Source: a virus. From it: a stretch of 64,000 nt of DNA. The stretch spans positions 1-64,000 of IMG/VR virus record IMGVR_UViG_3300035126_000842; one strand, written 5' to 3'. The notes beneath the pieces are model-generated. The model was given only the letters and a program-made list of their open reading frames with translations. It had not been told where the DNA came from and did not search any database. This document shows, in pieces, positions 15,846 to 25,367 of the stretch (positions are counted from its first letter, which is position 1; each line of letters starts with the position of its first letter). The position numbers were made by a program, and so were the translations under genes.

Positions 15846-16312
15846 CAAAACGATTTAAAATTGAACCAGATTTTACCTGCCCTGAGTTGGCTGGGTATAA
15901 GTTGCCACCATGTTCCCGAAGTCAGGAAGATGGTGTTGAGGCAATTGTTAAGAACCTAATGGGATTGCCAGACTATTTAAATTTAGAGTCAATGAGTCCA
16001 TCCATGAAAGGCTCTTTTGACTTTGGGGTTCAATGCTACAACAAAGCCCGAGAGAAGTATGAGTTTAGCCGGGAGGATTTAGTCCATGCCATTGATTTAG
16101 CACAAGAGGTGCATAAGCCTAAATACTGCCACCATTATGAACACACTTATACTCCTGAGCAAATAATGTCAATTTTACTCACCCCGATTGCGATTGAGGT
16201 GGAGATGGTTCAAAAGTCTATAAATGGTTCGATTCCTGTTGGGCAGGATTGGGAGTGTGTTCCAGCAACCAACCCAGACGGAACGGTGAAAGGGAGGTGG
16301 GTGTATGAGTAA
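15842..16312 (+). CDS. hypothetical protein (higher GC)
   Basis: 156-aa ORF. Confidence 0.7.
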   Translation: MTKRFKIEPDFTCPELAGYKLPPCSRSQEDGVEAIVKNLMGLPDYLNLESMSPSMKGSFDFGVQCYNKAREKYEFSREDLVHAIDLAQEVHKPKYCHHYEHTYTPEQIMSILLTPIAIEVEMVQKSINGSIPVGQDWECVPATNPDGTVKGRWVYE

Positions 16313-16553
16313 GGTAATTAATTTACTCCCCCATTTTATCAAAGTTAGATTACTTGCAAAGAAGTTTGATATTTGGAAAGAAGTTCAAGATGACAATAGG
16401 AAACCCGATGCGTTTATGTCAGGCGATTGGATTTCATACGATGGCAATTTATATTACGGGCATCCGCTTGGAGTATTTTTATTATCTAATCAAAACGAAT
16501 TGTATCAATTAAATAAACAATACAGAGATAAATATGACACCACAACCAATTAA
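16305..16553 (+). CDS. hypothetical protein
   Basis: 82-aa ORF. Confidence 0.6.
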   Translation: MSKVINLLPHFIKVRLLAKKFDIWKEVQDDNRKPDAFMSGDWISYDGNLYYGHPLGVFLLSNQNELYQLNKQYRDKYDTTTN

Positions 16554-16597
16554 ATTCTGGGGCTTTCGGGTGGACTTGAACCAATTTGAGCAGGACT

Positions 16598-16846
16598 ATG
16601 GCAAATAAACAACAAACCGCACTACAAACCTTAATTAAATGGGGTGATAAAATGCTTAAAGAAAATCCAAACAAAATACTTTCTTTTTCAGAAGTCATTG
16701 ATAAGGCAGAAGAATTATTGCAAATGGAACGGGAGCATATTGAGCAAGCCTTTATAAAAGGGAATGAATTTGTTCCTAAATGGAAAATAAATGGTGTGCC
16801 ATATATTGAATCTGAACAATATTACGAACAAACCTATGGAAAATAA
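16598..16846 (+). CDS. NKQQTA...YYEQTYG module protein 1
   Basis: ATG at 16598; paralogous termini with the next gene. Confidence 0.7.
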   Translation: MANKQQTALQTLIKWGDKMLKENPNKILSFSEVIDKAEELLQMEREHIEQAFIKGNEFVPKWKINGVPYIESEQYYEQTYGK

Positions 16847-17069
16847 ACAACAAACAGCAGTGGACTATTTCTTTGATAAGATTAAGTCCAATTTTGAACA
16901 CGATGGAGACAAGTTGGAATCGGTTATGTTCCTTTATGCGATATGCAAAGAGATGAACAGAGAGCAGATTGAGAACGCTTATTGGGATGGTGGTCAAGAT
17001 GTACCGATAAACGAAAATAGATGTGCAGAATATTACGAACAAACCTATGGAACTACAACAAGCCGTTGA
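16836..17069 (+). CDS. NKQQTA...YYEQTYG module protein 2
   Basis: ATG at 16836 lies inside a 24-bp junction repeat. Confidence 0.7.
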   Translation: MENKQQTAVDYFFDKIKSNFEHDGDKLESVMFLYAICKEMNREQIENAYWDGGQDVPINENRCAEYYEQTYGTTTSR

Positions 17070-17202
17070 CATACTAATGGAAAACCACAGGTATAAACTA
17101 AACAAAATACAAACTGTTAGTTTTACAGAGCAGGAACTGAATACTGCACGAAATACATTAATTCATTACAATAATGTACAACGAAACAAGAAAACAGCTT
17201 AA
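17047..17202 (+). CDS. small hypothetical protein (51 aa)
   Basis: Hand-translated; starts at the ATG in the second 24-bp junction repeat. Confidence 0.45.
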   Translation: MELQQAVDILMENHRYKLNKIQTVSFTEQELNTARNTLIHYNNVQRNKKTA

Positions 17203-17284
17203 TACCAAGTAAGTTTAAACTAAAAAAATTTATATTATTTACTGAAATTAATTTTGGTATATTCGCATATTATATTTATATATT

Positions 17285-17539
17285 ATGCATTATTCTTTAA
17301 GTGATGGTAGGGTAGTAATAATGGATGTTGATACATACCTAAGCTACCCTGACAATATTCATCAGCTGTTATTAGCAGATTTTGATGGAGAATATATTAC
17401 CAATCCTTTTCACGGTTCTGTACTTAGAAAGCATTCTATACTAGAAGATGATACTCTATTGTCTTTAGTAGAACTAGATGAGATAAGCTCCGAGGAAAAA
17501 TTAATTGAAGTAAAGGACGACCTTTTTATTGATCATTAA
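17285..17539 (+). CDS. hypothetical protein
   Basis: 84 aa after an AT-rich intergenic gap. Confidence 0.7.
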   Translation: MHYSLSDGRVVIMDVDTYLSYPDNIHQLLLADFDGEYITNPFHGSVLRKHSILEDDTLLSLVELDEISSEEKLIEVKDDLFIDH

Positions 17540-17556
17540 CTTTTAAAAACAAAACA

Positions 17557-17961
17557 ATGCAAACATCAACAAAACTCAATCAAACACAAAAACTTCTTTT
17601 TAACATTTGTCTGCATGGCGAAAATGCATGCGATGATGAAGTTAAGAAAGATTTATCTGTTGCAGATTATCACAAAATTCGCAACAAGTTCAGAAAAGCT
17701 CAGATCGCAATTAATCGTTTGAAACAAGAACGTGTTAATGAATGGGCTAATGCTTTTATGCAACACTTTTTTCCTAAAACAGAATTGACTCAAGTATTTA
17801 CTATAAAATACGGAGACGCTGTTGATTTGAATAAAGTGTGTCCTATGTCTTTTAAAGACTTAGGTATTACTAAAGAAGACATTATTGAAAAACTAATGGA
17901 TTCTGGTGTTCTTCCCAAAAACTTTTACGGTATTAATTCAGAATTGAAAGAAAACTTATGA
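17557..17961 (+). CDS. hypothetical protein
   Basis: 134-aa ORF. Confidence 0.75.
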   Translation: MQTSTKLNQTQKLLFNICLHGENACDDEVKKDLSVADYHKIRNKFRKAQIAINRLKQERVNEWANAFMQHFFPKTELTQVFTIKYGDAVDLNKVCPMSFKDLGITKEDIIEKLMDSGVLPKNFYGINSELKENL

Positions 17962-18164
17962 AAGTAGAAACAATTATCAACGGTTCAACTAAGCTCATTC
18001 TTATTCCTGAAACACCACTAGAAGAAGAAATTCTTAAAGTGTTAGCATCACAGAATAATGAGATAGTAGAAGCTCGCAATGGTTTTGCAGTTGGTTCTGT
18101 AACCCACACAAGAGCTTTGGTTATTCAACCACAATCTACCGGCAACTTAGAGCATGAGGCTTAA
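17958..18164 (+). CDS. hypothetical protein
   Basis: 68-aa coupled ORF. Confidence 0.7.
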   Translation: MKVETIINGSTKLILIPETPLEEEILKVLASQNNEIVEARNGFAVGSVTHTRALVIQPQSTGNLEHEA

Positions 18165-18534
18165 AGATTGCTGCGCATGTGAGAAACCCTCTGTCATTTG
18201 GAAAAATGATAGAGGGGATCTCTATTGTAAGTCTTGTTGGAGTAGGAAAAACCCCAAGACAATTACAAAGAAATCTGAAAAGCAGGTAGTAGCTGAAAAA
18301 AGTTATTCTTTAATTCGTAAAGCATTTCTTATAAAGCATACTAAATGTCAAGCAGGTTTACCTGGGTGCAGTATTTCTTCTACTGAAGTTCATCACAAAA
18401 AAGGAAGAATTGGTAGTTTACTTATTGATACTAACTTTTTCTTAGCCGTTTGTCGTAACTGTCATGATTACATAGAAAACAATCCAAGTGAAGCAAAAGA
18501 TTTAGGTTTATCAGAATCTAGACTAAAAACTTAA
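18154..18534 (+). CDS. Zn-binding HNH nuclease (NinG-like)
   Basis: CxxC pairs; EVHHKKGR...AVCRNCH HNH-type core. Confidence 0.7.
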   Translation: MRLKDCCACEKPSVIWKNDRGDLYCKSCWSRKNPKTITKKSEKQVVAEKSYSLIRKAFLIKHTKCQAGLPGCSISSTEVHHKKGRIGSLLIDTNFFLAVCRNCHDYIENNPSEAKDLGLSESRLKT

Positions 18535-18598
18535 AAAGTTTATAGTAAAACTTACAAAATTTTATTAAATTACATATACAACTGTAATTTATAAAGTT

Positions 18599-19084
18599 AT
18601 GTACGACGTTAGTGCTCAATATCATAAAGATGAATTAGCTAAAAAGCAATTATTAGAAGAAGTAATTTCAACTATTACAACTACATCTTCTTCTATAACT
18701 GCGATATTGAATAATATTTATATTGATACGCAACAAGCTAATGCTTATTTATCTTCAATAAATGTTTATGCTGCTAATTCAACAGCTGAATTACAGACTA
18801 TTCATAACAGACAGACTAACGGTACTCAGAAAACTCAGATTATTCCTACAGTAAGTCCTGCAACTCTTACAGTAACAGAAAGTGCTGTTACTAGCAGTGG
18901 TTCTACTGCAGCTGATAATCTTTACATGACTTTTGTAACTAGTGAAGATTTTGCAGGTAGTATTAATGGTATAACTATTCCTAAATTATCAGTAAAAGAA
19001 TATCCTTACTTGCCTGGTCACAAATACCCTAGTATTTCTTACACTAGAACTGCAGGTACATTATACATTATTGAAGCAAAATAA
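18599..19084 (+). CDS. Ser/Thr-rich, structural-like protein
   Basis: T/S/A-rich, beta-rich C-terminus ending SISYTRTAGTLYII. Confidence 0.55.
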   Translation: MYDVSAQYHKDELAKKQLLEEVISTITTTSSSITAILNNIYIDTQQANAYLSSINVYAANSTAELQTIHNRQTNGTQKTQIIPTVSPATLTVTESAVTSSGSTAADNLYMTFVTSEDFAGSINGITIPKLSVKEYPYLPGHKYPSISYTRTAGTLYIIEAK

Positions 19085-19086
19085 TT

Positions 19087-19653
19087 ATGATTAGTTTAAG
19101 AACTTCAGAACCTGGATTTGTTTTACTACAACAATATAAAGTTGTAACTGCAATTCCTGCTATATTAGAAAATAGAACTACATATCTGGTAGGTGCGCAA
19201 ACTACTATTGATATTACAGGATTGAACGGTAATGTAGATCAAAGCTATAGAATTCAAGGTACTTCTGTAAATGCAGTTAGTGCAGATACACATAGTTTAA
19301 CGTTTAATGGAATTGTAACAAATGTTTATGATAGCCGTTATTCGTATGTAGGTGCTGCATCAAGTGTTGGTTCTAATAATCAACCTTCTATATTTATGGC
19401 TCCTAATAGTGGTAGTACTTCTATGACAATGTTTGATATAGTTATTGATGCTGTTACAGGTAAAAATAGAGCTGTTCAAGGAAACTGTGTTACAACTGGA
19501 ATAAATCAAGCGGCAGTACCTCTTTATCCTACATTTGGTGGCATTTGGAAAGATAACTCTACTAACATAACAAGTGTACAGTTTAGATTCCCTAGTATTA
19601 CAGGAGGATATGCAGTAGGAACAGTGTTTAGAATTTATAAATTACAGCTATGA
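19087..19653 (+). CDS. tail fibre/decoration-like beta protein
   Basis: G/S/T/N-rich; ends NITSVQFRFPSITGGYAVGTVFRIY, a pattern seen in fibre-type domains. Confidence 0.5.
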   Translation: MISLRTSEPGFVLLQQYKVVTAIPAILENRTTYLVGAQTTIDITGLNGNVDQSYRIQGTSVNAVSADTHSLTFNGIVTNVYDSRYSYVGAASSVGSNNQPSIFMAPNSGSTSMTMFDIVIDAVTGKNRAVQGNCVTTGINQAAVPLYPTFGGIWKDNSTNITSVQFRFPSITGGYAVGTVFRIYKLQL

Positions 19654-19865
19654 TACAAATAGATCACTTTTACAGATGCAATACTGCCTTTGGTGTAAGA
19701 ACAGTTAAAGCAGTTCAAGAACTAGAATCTTCTGATTTCTATGGTATATTTTCTATTTCAGAGTTTCAGGAACCAGGTGATAACCAAGGAATGGTAATTC
19801 CTAATAAGTCACCTAAAGCTACTCTTGCAGAAGCTAAAGAATGGGAAAATTGGTTTAACCAATAA
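19650..19865 (+). CDS. small hypothetical protein
   Basis: 71 aa, coupled to the previous gene. Confidence 0.6.
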   Translation: MIQIDHFYRCNTAFGVRTVKAVQELESSDFYGIFSISEFQEPGDNQGMVIPNKSPKATLAEAKEWENWFNQ

Positions 19866-19889
19866 GTATTTAAGTAATTAATTTAGTTT

Positions 19890-19914
19890 AAGGGGAATTA
19901 GGTTCCCCTTTTTT
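19890..19914 (+). terminator. intrinsic terminator
   Basis: AAGGGGAA-ttagg-TTCCCCTT plus T-run. Confidence 0.8.
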
Positions 19915-19924
19915 ATTGTTTGAA

Positions 19925-20509
19925 ATGGAAGAATATAAACTTAAAAATAATCATGTTCTTATAGTAGAACAAGACATAAACCCTTTAAATCCACGAGTCG
20001 ATTTTGATAACATAACCACAATGGTTTGCTTTCATAAAAGATATACATTAGGAGATGTAAACGATTTAAAATCAGAATATTTTGATGGTTGGAATCAACT
20101 AAAAGAATTTTTAGAATCAGATAATAATATTATAGCTATAAAACCGTTATATTTATACGATCATTCTGGTATTACTATTAGCACCACTCCTTTTTCTTGT
20201 AGATGGGATAGTGGTCAAATAGGTTTTGTTTATGTTACACAAGAAGCGTTAGATCGAGAAGGAATACATGAAAATAAAGCATCTGAAATAATTGATAATG
20301 AAGTTGCATTATATGATAGTTATCTTACAGGAGAAGTCTACAAATTTACTTTATATAAAGAACAAGTTTGTAATCTAGGACATACTCATAAAGAGATAGT
20401 TAATTCTCTTTCAGGTTTTTACGGAGATAGTGATATATTCAAGAATGGTATTATAGAGCATATAGACAAAGAACTATTAACAGAAGAATTATGTACAAAG
20501 CAGAAATAA
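19925..20509 (+). CDS. conserved hypothetical protein
   Basis: PLYLYDHSGITISTTPFSCRWDSGQIGFVY motif; ATG at 19925. Confidence 0.75.
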   Translation: MEEYKLKNNHVLIVEQDINPLNPRVDFDNITTMVCFHKRYTLGDVNDLKSEYFDGWNQLKEFLESDNNIIAIKPLYLYDHSGITISTTPFSCRWDSGQIGFVYVTQEALDREGIHENKASEIIDNEVALYDSYLTGEVYKFTLYKEQVCNLGHTHKEIVNSLSGFYGDSDIFKNGIIEHIDKELLTEELCTKQK

Positions 20510-21522
20510 TTAAGCATTCAATTACAGAATTTAATCACGAGCTAGTAACTTTTATTGTTACATACCCTCGCATTATACACGCAGAAATGTGTAGACATAG
20601 AGCTTTTTCAAGAAATACTTCTTCTTCTAGAGCTATTCCTTTTAGTAAAACCGAAAGCGATTTAAAAGATAATTGTTTTGTTCCTATTGCATGGCAGAAA
20701 AAACATTCTGGTATGCAGGGTGATTATTATTTTAAAGGTATTGAAGCTGAGACTTTTGAAAGAGAATGGTTAAACATTAAGAATAATGTTATTACAGATG
20801 CTATGAGGTTACATGCTAAAGAGTTGACTAAACAATTAACTAATCGTTTGGTAGAACCTTTTACATGGACCACAGAAATAATAACTACTAGTCTACCAGG
20901 TTTGCTTAATTTCTTTGAACTTAGGTGCCCTAAGTATAAGTATTATCTTGTTGATCGCGAGGGTAATCCTATTGAACAGATAGCTAGAAGTAAAGGTGAG
21001 TATTTTAGAAGAACTAATACTAGCGATGAAGGTCAATTTGAAACATTAGATTGGTTATCTATAGACGAATCACCTGCAGAAATACATATTCAGCAAATTG
21101 CAGAGTTAATGTATGAAGAGTTTTGTTTATCAAAACCTGAAAAATTATTATCTGGTGAATGGCATATTCCTTTTGGTGATAATATTTCTGATAATGAAGT
21201 TTGGTTTTTAATTAATCCTGAAGACGAATTTGAGAGAACAGATGATGCTAGAATAAAAATATCAACTGCTAGATGTGCTCGTTTATCATATCAAACATTA
21301 GGTGATGAACCTAAAATTGATTATGAAGCTGATCTAAAATTGTTTTATAAACTTCTTACAGAAAAGCACATGAGTCCTTTTGAGCATTGTGCTAGAGCTA
21401 TGAGTAAAGAAGAAGTAGATTACTATACCAGAAATGGTAGCGAAAAAGGTTGGTGTAATAATTTCCAAGGTTTTGTTCAGTATAGATTTATAATTGAAAA
21501 TGAAGGAAAAATACAAGATTAA
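20491..21522 (+). CDS. thyX: FAD-dependent thymidylate synthase
   Basis: EMCRHRAFSRNTSSSR (RHR-x7-SxR), ARCARLSY and HMSPFEH motifs. Confidence 0.9.
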   Translation: MYKAEIIKHSITEFNHELVTFIVTYPRIIHAEMCRHRAFSRNTSSSRAIPFSKTESDLKDNCFVPIAWQKKHSGMQGDYYFKGIEAETFEREWLNIKNNVITDAMRLHAKELTKQLTNRLVEPFTWTTEIITTSLPGLLNFFELRCPKYKYYLVDREGNPIEQIARSKGEYFRRTNTSDEGQFETLDWLSIDESPAEIHIQQIAELMYEEFCLSKPEKLLSGEWHIPFGDNISDNEVWFLINPEDEFERTDDARIKISTARCARLSYQTLGDEPKIDYEADLKLFYKLLTEKHMSPFEHCARAMSKEEVDYYTRNGSEKGWCNNFQGFVQYRFIIENEGKIQD

Positions 21523-21784
21523 AGATCCTGTTTCTGGTTTATACTTTTCTATTAAAGAAATGCCTAAACCAGGAGATGTAGTTATGTACAGAAAACAAGG
21601 TAACGGTAGTTTAGTATCTGTTACCTTTAACCCTGTAGTAGAGAATCACATTCTTAATACTTTTTTTAATAAACGCGGGCGTTTGTTTTATTCTGAAGCA
21701 AAAGCAAAAGAGTTTATTCTTAAAGTAATAGATGAAAATCTACTGAAAGTTCTTAAAAGATGTATAATAGTTAAGTATGAATAG
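21500..21784 (+). CDS. hypothetical protein
   Basis: 94-aa ORF. Confidence 0.6.
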   Translation: MKEKYKIKDPVSGLYFSIKEMPKPGDVVMYRKQGNGSLVSVTFNPVVENHILNTFFNKRGRLFYSEAKAKEFILKVIDENLLKVLKRCIIVKYE

Positions 21785-22625
21785 TATGATTAAGTTAGGG
21801 ATTTCCGTAAATATGTTTGATGGTTACGAAATGCTAGAAATGAATCTGCGTTTTGTTAAACCATTTGCTACACATTTAAGTATAGTGTATCAAGAAGTTA
21901 GTAATAACGGTCTTGTTTTTAACGATAAGATTAAAGATGTCATTAAACATCTTAAAGCTGAAAAACTTGTAGATACACTTGTATTATATAAACCTGATGA
22001 CGGAGCTTCTTTACAGGAAAATGAATGTGAGAAAAGAAATATAGGTTTGCGATTAGCTAAAGAGCATGGTTGTACTCATTTTATTACTATGGATGCTGAT
22101 GAGTTATATCTACCTAATTTATTTGAACAAGTTATAGAAGATAAAGGAGAAAAAGATGTTTACTTTAGTAGAATAAGAACATACTATAAGTATCCTGAAG
22201 TTTTCTACGATGAGGACCCTAAGTTTTTGGTACCATTTATTACAAAGATTAGGGATAAAGAATACAACGGTAGTAATCCTAGAAAGCATTTACTAGATGC
22301 AACTAGAATACTTCCCTATGAAACAAGCACTATTCTTAAAGGAGTAATGCATCACTTTTCCTACATCAGAACTCTAGACTTTTATAGCAAGTTTAACTCC
22401 GGTACTAATTACAAAAATGCTCAGAGATATTACAATGTTCTTAAAGAAGCATATAGTAACTTTAGTTCTATTAAGAGTAAAGCTCTTGTTCTTAAAAACT
22501 GGAGTCATGTTGAAGAAGTAGAGACAGATTACACATCAACCATCGCTAAATTATTAAACGAGTATGACTGGGACGGAGCAAAGGGAATTTATACAAAAAG
22601 AAGCTTACGACAAAGCTTACGATAA
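21777..22625 (+). CDS. GT-A fold (GT2-like) glycosyltransferase
   Basis: EKRNIGL...THFITMDADELY (DxD motif), MHHFSYIR. Confidence 0.7.
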   Translation: MNSMIKLGISVNMFDGYEMLEMNLRFVKPFATHLSIVYQEVSNNGLVFNDKIKDVIKHLKAEKLVDTLVLYKPDDGASLQENECEKRNIGLRLAKEHGCTHFITMDADELYLPNLFEQVIEDKGEKDVYFSRIRTYYKYPEVFYDEDPKFLVPFITKIRDKEYNGSNPRKHLLDATRILPYETSTILKGVMHHFSYIRTLDFYSKFNSGTNYKNAQRYYNVLKEAYSNFSSIKSKALVLKNWSHVEEVETDYTSTIAKLLNEYDWDGAKGIYTKRSLRQSLR

Positions 22626-23616
22626 ACACAGACGAACTATTGTAATGAGCGTTGGTGCAGGTAAAACTAAAGTTGCACTAGACATTGCTAAACAGTATTC
22701 TAAAGTTCATGTTGTAGTACCAAAGGTATCTATGTACAAAACATGGAAAGACGAGAATATAAAACATAATGCTAATCTAGATTTAGTTTTTACTACTTAC
22801 CGCAGTCTAAATAATCTAGACCCTAATGAAGTAGAGTTTATAATTTTTGACGAGGTTCATTCTCTTACATTAGCACATGCAGACTGGATTAGGAAATTAT
22901 ATAAAGGACCTATATTAGGTCTTACAGGTACTCCACCTGTTTATGGTTTCAAAAAAGAAATAGTAAAGTATAATATTCCTATTTGTTATGAGATATACGA
23001 AGACGATGTTATAGCAATGAACATTATTAATGATTATAGAATAATTGTTCATGCTGTAGAATTAGACCCTCGTAAAAATCTAACAATACATTACGGCCCA
23101 GATAAGAGTAAAAGTTTTATTACTTCAGAACAAGCTAGTTATAATAAATATTTAGCTATGGGAGATCCTATTAAAATACTTAGTGTTTTGACAGGATTTA
23201 ATAGCAAGATAGCTTATATAGAACAACTTGCTCGAACTATTGATAGTAAGACTATTATTTTTGTAAACAAGAAAGCTCAAGCTGATAGATTAGGTATTTC
23301 TTATCATTCTGATAATCCTGATTCTCAACAGAATCTGCAAGATTTTTCTGATGGATATATTAATCAGCTAGTTTGTGTGCAACAACTAAACGAAGGTATC
23401 AATATACCAAATTTAGAAACAGGTATTATCATGCATGCTTATTCTAATCCTAGAATAACTCAGCAGAGAATAGGTAGATTACTACGACTATCTCCTGATA
23501 AAACTTGTACCGTACACATTCTTTGCTACAAAAAAACTATAGAAGAACATTGGATTAAAAATGCTCTTACTAAGTATGATTCTTCTAAAATAACTTACAT
23601 TGAAAATTTTATATGA
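22564..23616 (+). CDS. superfamily 2 helicase (UvsW-like)
   Basis: GAGKT, FDEVH, LGLTGTP, LNEGINIP, QQRIGRLLR. Confidence 0.9.
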   Translation: MTGTEQREFIQKEAYDKAYDKHRRTIVMSVGAGKTKVALDIAKQYSKVHVVVPKVSMYKTWKDENIKHNANLDLVFTTYRSLNNLDPNEVEFIIFDEVHSLTLAHADWIRKLYKGPILGLTGTPPVYGFKKEIVKYNIPICYEIYEDDVIAMNIINDYRIIVHAVELDPRKNLTIHYGPDKSKSFITSEQASYNKYLAMGDPIKILSVLTGFNSKIAYIEQLARTIDSKTIIFVNKKAQADRLGISYHSDNPDSQQNLQDFSDGYINQLVCVQQLNEGINIPNLETGIIMHAYSNPRITQQRIGRLLRLSPDKTCTVHILCYKKTIEEHWIKNALTKYDSSKITYIENFI

Positions 23617-23996
23617 AAAATTTAACAGTTAGAATGGTTAAAGAAGGTAGCGAGTTAGTTTACCAACAACATGCTGACAAACTTAAGTTTAAAATGTTTA
23701 AGGAAAGTTTGAAAGAAAATGAAGTTATAGAGTTGTTTGTTAATCGCACTAGTGGAGACGGAAGTCTAGCTCAATTAGCTAAACTTCACGCCTCCATTAG
23801 AGACATTGCAAAATTTACCGGTAACAGTGCTTCTGATGAGAAAATCAGAATCAAGAAAAAAGCGGGCTTTTGCATTGAAAAAACTATTGACGGTGACAAA
23901 TACATAATCTGTAAATCATTTGGAGATTGTACTCGTGACGAATTAGACTATGTAATCAACCTGGTAGAAACAGAGTGTGCTGATTTAGGAATTTGA
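23613..23996 (+). CDS. hypothetical protein (possibly NinB-like)
   Basis: SLAQLAKLHASIRDIA...KSFGDC..DEL layout. Confidence 0.55.
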   Translation: MKNLTVRMVKEGSELVYQQHADKLKFKMFKESLKENEVIELFVNRTSGDGSLAQLAKLHASIRDIAKFTGNSASDEKIRIKKKAGFCIEKTIDGDKYIICKSFGDCTRDELDYVINLVETECADLGI

Positions 23997-24287
23997 TTCT
24001 TCAGCAGCAGGTCTATCAGGAATGATGATATCGTCGGTAATTTCTTTTTCTACTACTTTGTTTTGCTTTACTGCTTCATTTTCTATAGTAGAAAGAAGAA
24101 CTACGATAGTAGCATAATGGTAGGACCAAGGGTCTTCAAATTTACCTTCTTGCAATAACTGCATTGCTTTCTGTACGTCTTCAGTAGTTTTACCATCCAT
24201 GTTATGGATAGCAAGTTGCTGTAGTCTAGCATAGAAAGCGCCAGAAACTTTAATTTCAACAATCGATTCAGGACTAATTACTTTCAT
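23985..24287 (-). CDS. hypothetical protein on opposite strand
   Basis: 100-aa ORF with protein-like composition that exactly fills the gap between two plus-strand genes. Confidence 0.65.
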   Translation of the reverse strand: MKVISPESIVEIKVSGAFYARLQQLAIHNMDGKTTEDVQKAMQLLQEGKFEDPWSYHYATIVVLLSTIENEAVKQNKVVEKEITDDIIIPDRPAAEESNS

Positions 24288-24993
24288 GGAATTTATAAAT
24301 TTAGACGAAGTTAGAGAAAAACTCGTTAAAAAACTAGAAAATACAGGTTGGGACCAAAAACTTAGATTTTTTTGTGAAGAAAAACTACCTCCTATACTTA
24401 CTGATCTTTTACGAGAAGCACAGGACGGTAGACGTTTTGTACCAAAAGTTGCTCAGATATTTAGAGCATTTGAAACATGTCATTTTGATAAAACAAGGGT
24501 TGTCATATTAGGTCAATCTCCTTATCCTTATGTAGGAGTACCAGATGGTTTAGCATTTTCTTGTACTCAAAAAGGTAAACGAGTAGAAAAATCACTTTCT
24601 TTAATGTTTGCACAGATTAACAAAACTGTCTATGATGGTAAACTTATTTGTGTAGATGGTAATTTAGAACGGTGGGCAAACCAAGGTGTTTTACTACTTA
24701 ATTGTTCTCTTACTACAGGTGTAGGTAGTCCAGAAAATCATATGATGAGATGGAAACCTATGGTAGCACAAGTACTTGATAGTCTTATATTTGCAAGACC
24801 CGATACAGCTTTTGTATTTATGGGTAAGCATGCATGTTCTTGGGAAGATTATTTACCTGATAATTTTCTAAAAATTAAAACAGACCACCCAGCTTTTGCT
24901 GCGTATCAAAAAATAGAATGGGATTCTAAAGACTGTTTTAATAAGATTAATAGATATTTAGAATCTATTAAACAAGAGCCTATTACTTGGTAA
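24286..24993 (+). CDS. ung: uracil-DNA glycosylase family 1 (catalytic-motif variant GQSPY)
   Basis: RVVILGQSPY, DGLAFS, WANQGVLLLNCSLT, FVFMG, DHPA. Confidence 0.85.
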   Translation: MEFINLDEVREKLVKKLENTGWDQKLRFFCEEKLPPILTDLLREAQDGRRFVPKVAQIFRAFETCHFDKTRVVILGQSPYPYVGVPDGLAFSCTQKGKRVEKSLSLMFAQINKTVYDGKLICVDGNLERWANQGVLLLNCSLTTGVGSPENHMMRWKPMVAQVLDSLIFARPDTAFVFMGKHACSWEDYLPDNFLKIKTDHPAFAAYQKIEWDSKDCFNKINRYLESIKQEPITW

Positions 24994-25366
24994 GTATAAG
25001 GGCGATGTTGGTTAACAGAGATGCTAAAAGACCTGTTAGCAACCACTTTTGTTTATTATTAAGACTGTTGTTTGTATTAGACAGTTTTTGATAATTAGTT
25101 TCTAATTCTTTTATTCTGTCTGCTTGAAGTTTGGTAATGCTATCTGTATTGTAGATTATAATATCTTTTACGTAAATCACATCGTATAAAGTAGTTATTT
25201 CTTCATTTGCTACAGATAGGATGCTATCACACTGTTTCTTTTCTATCAATCTAGTTGCTATTCTGCGCAATTCATTTGCGTTGTAGCATTTAAAAGTATC
25301 TTGTGATTGACAATACAAGCTAAAACAAAGAAAGCAAAGTATTATTGATGTTGTAAAATGTTTCAT
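24983..25366 (-). CDS. signal-peptide coiled-coil protein with C-terminal TM (spanin/lysis-like)
   Basis: N-terminal hydrophobic leader, coiled coil, C-terminal hydrophobic helix. Confidence 0.55.
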   Translation of the reverse strand: MKHFTTSIILCFLCFSLYCQSQDTFKCYNANELRRIATRLIEKKQCDSILSVANEEITTLYDVIYVKDIIIYNTDSITKLQADRIKELETNYQKLSNTNNSLNNKQKWLLTGLLASLLTNIALILTK

Positions 25367-25367
25367 A

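Noticed and set aside
22601-22622. Tandem AAGCTTACGA duplication in the helicase/GT overlap
   Set aside because: It has only two short in-frame copies (AYDKAYDK) and is likely a trivial slippage duplication.
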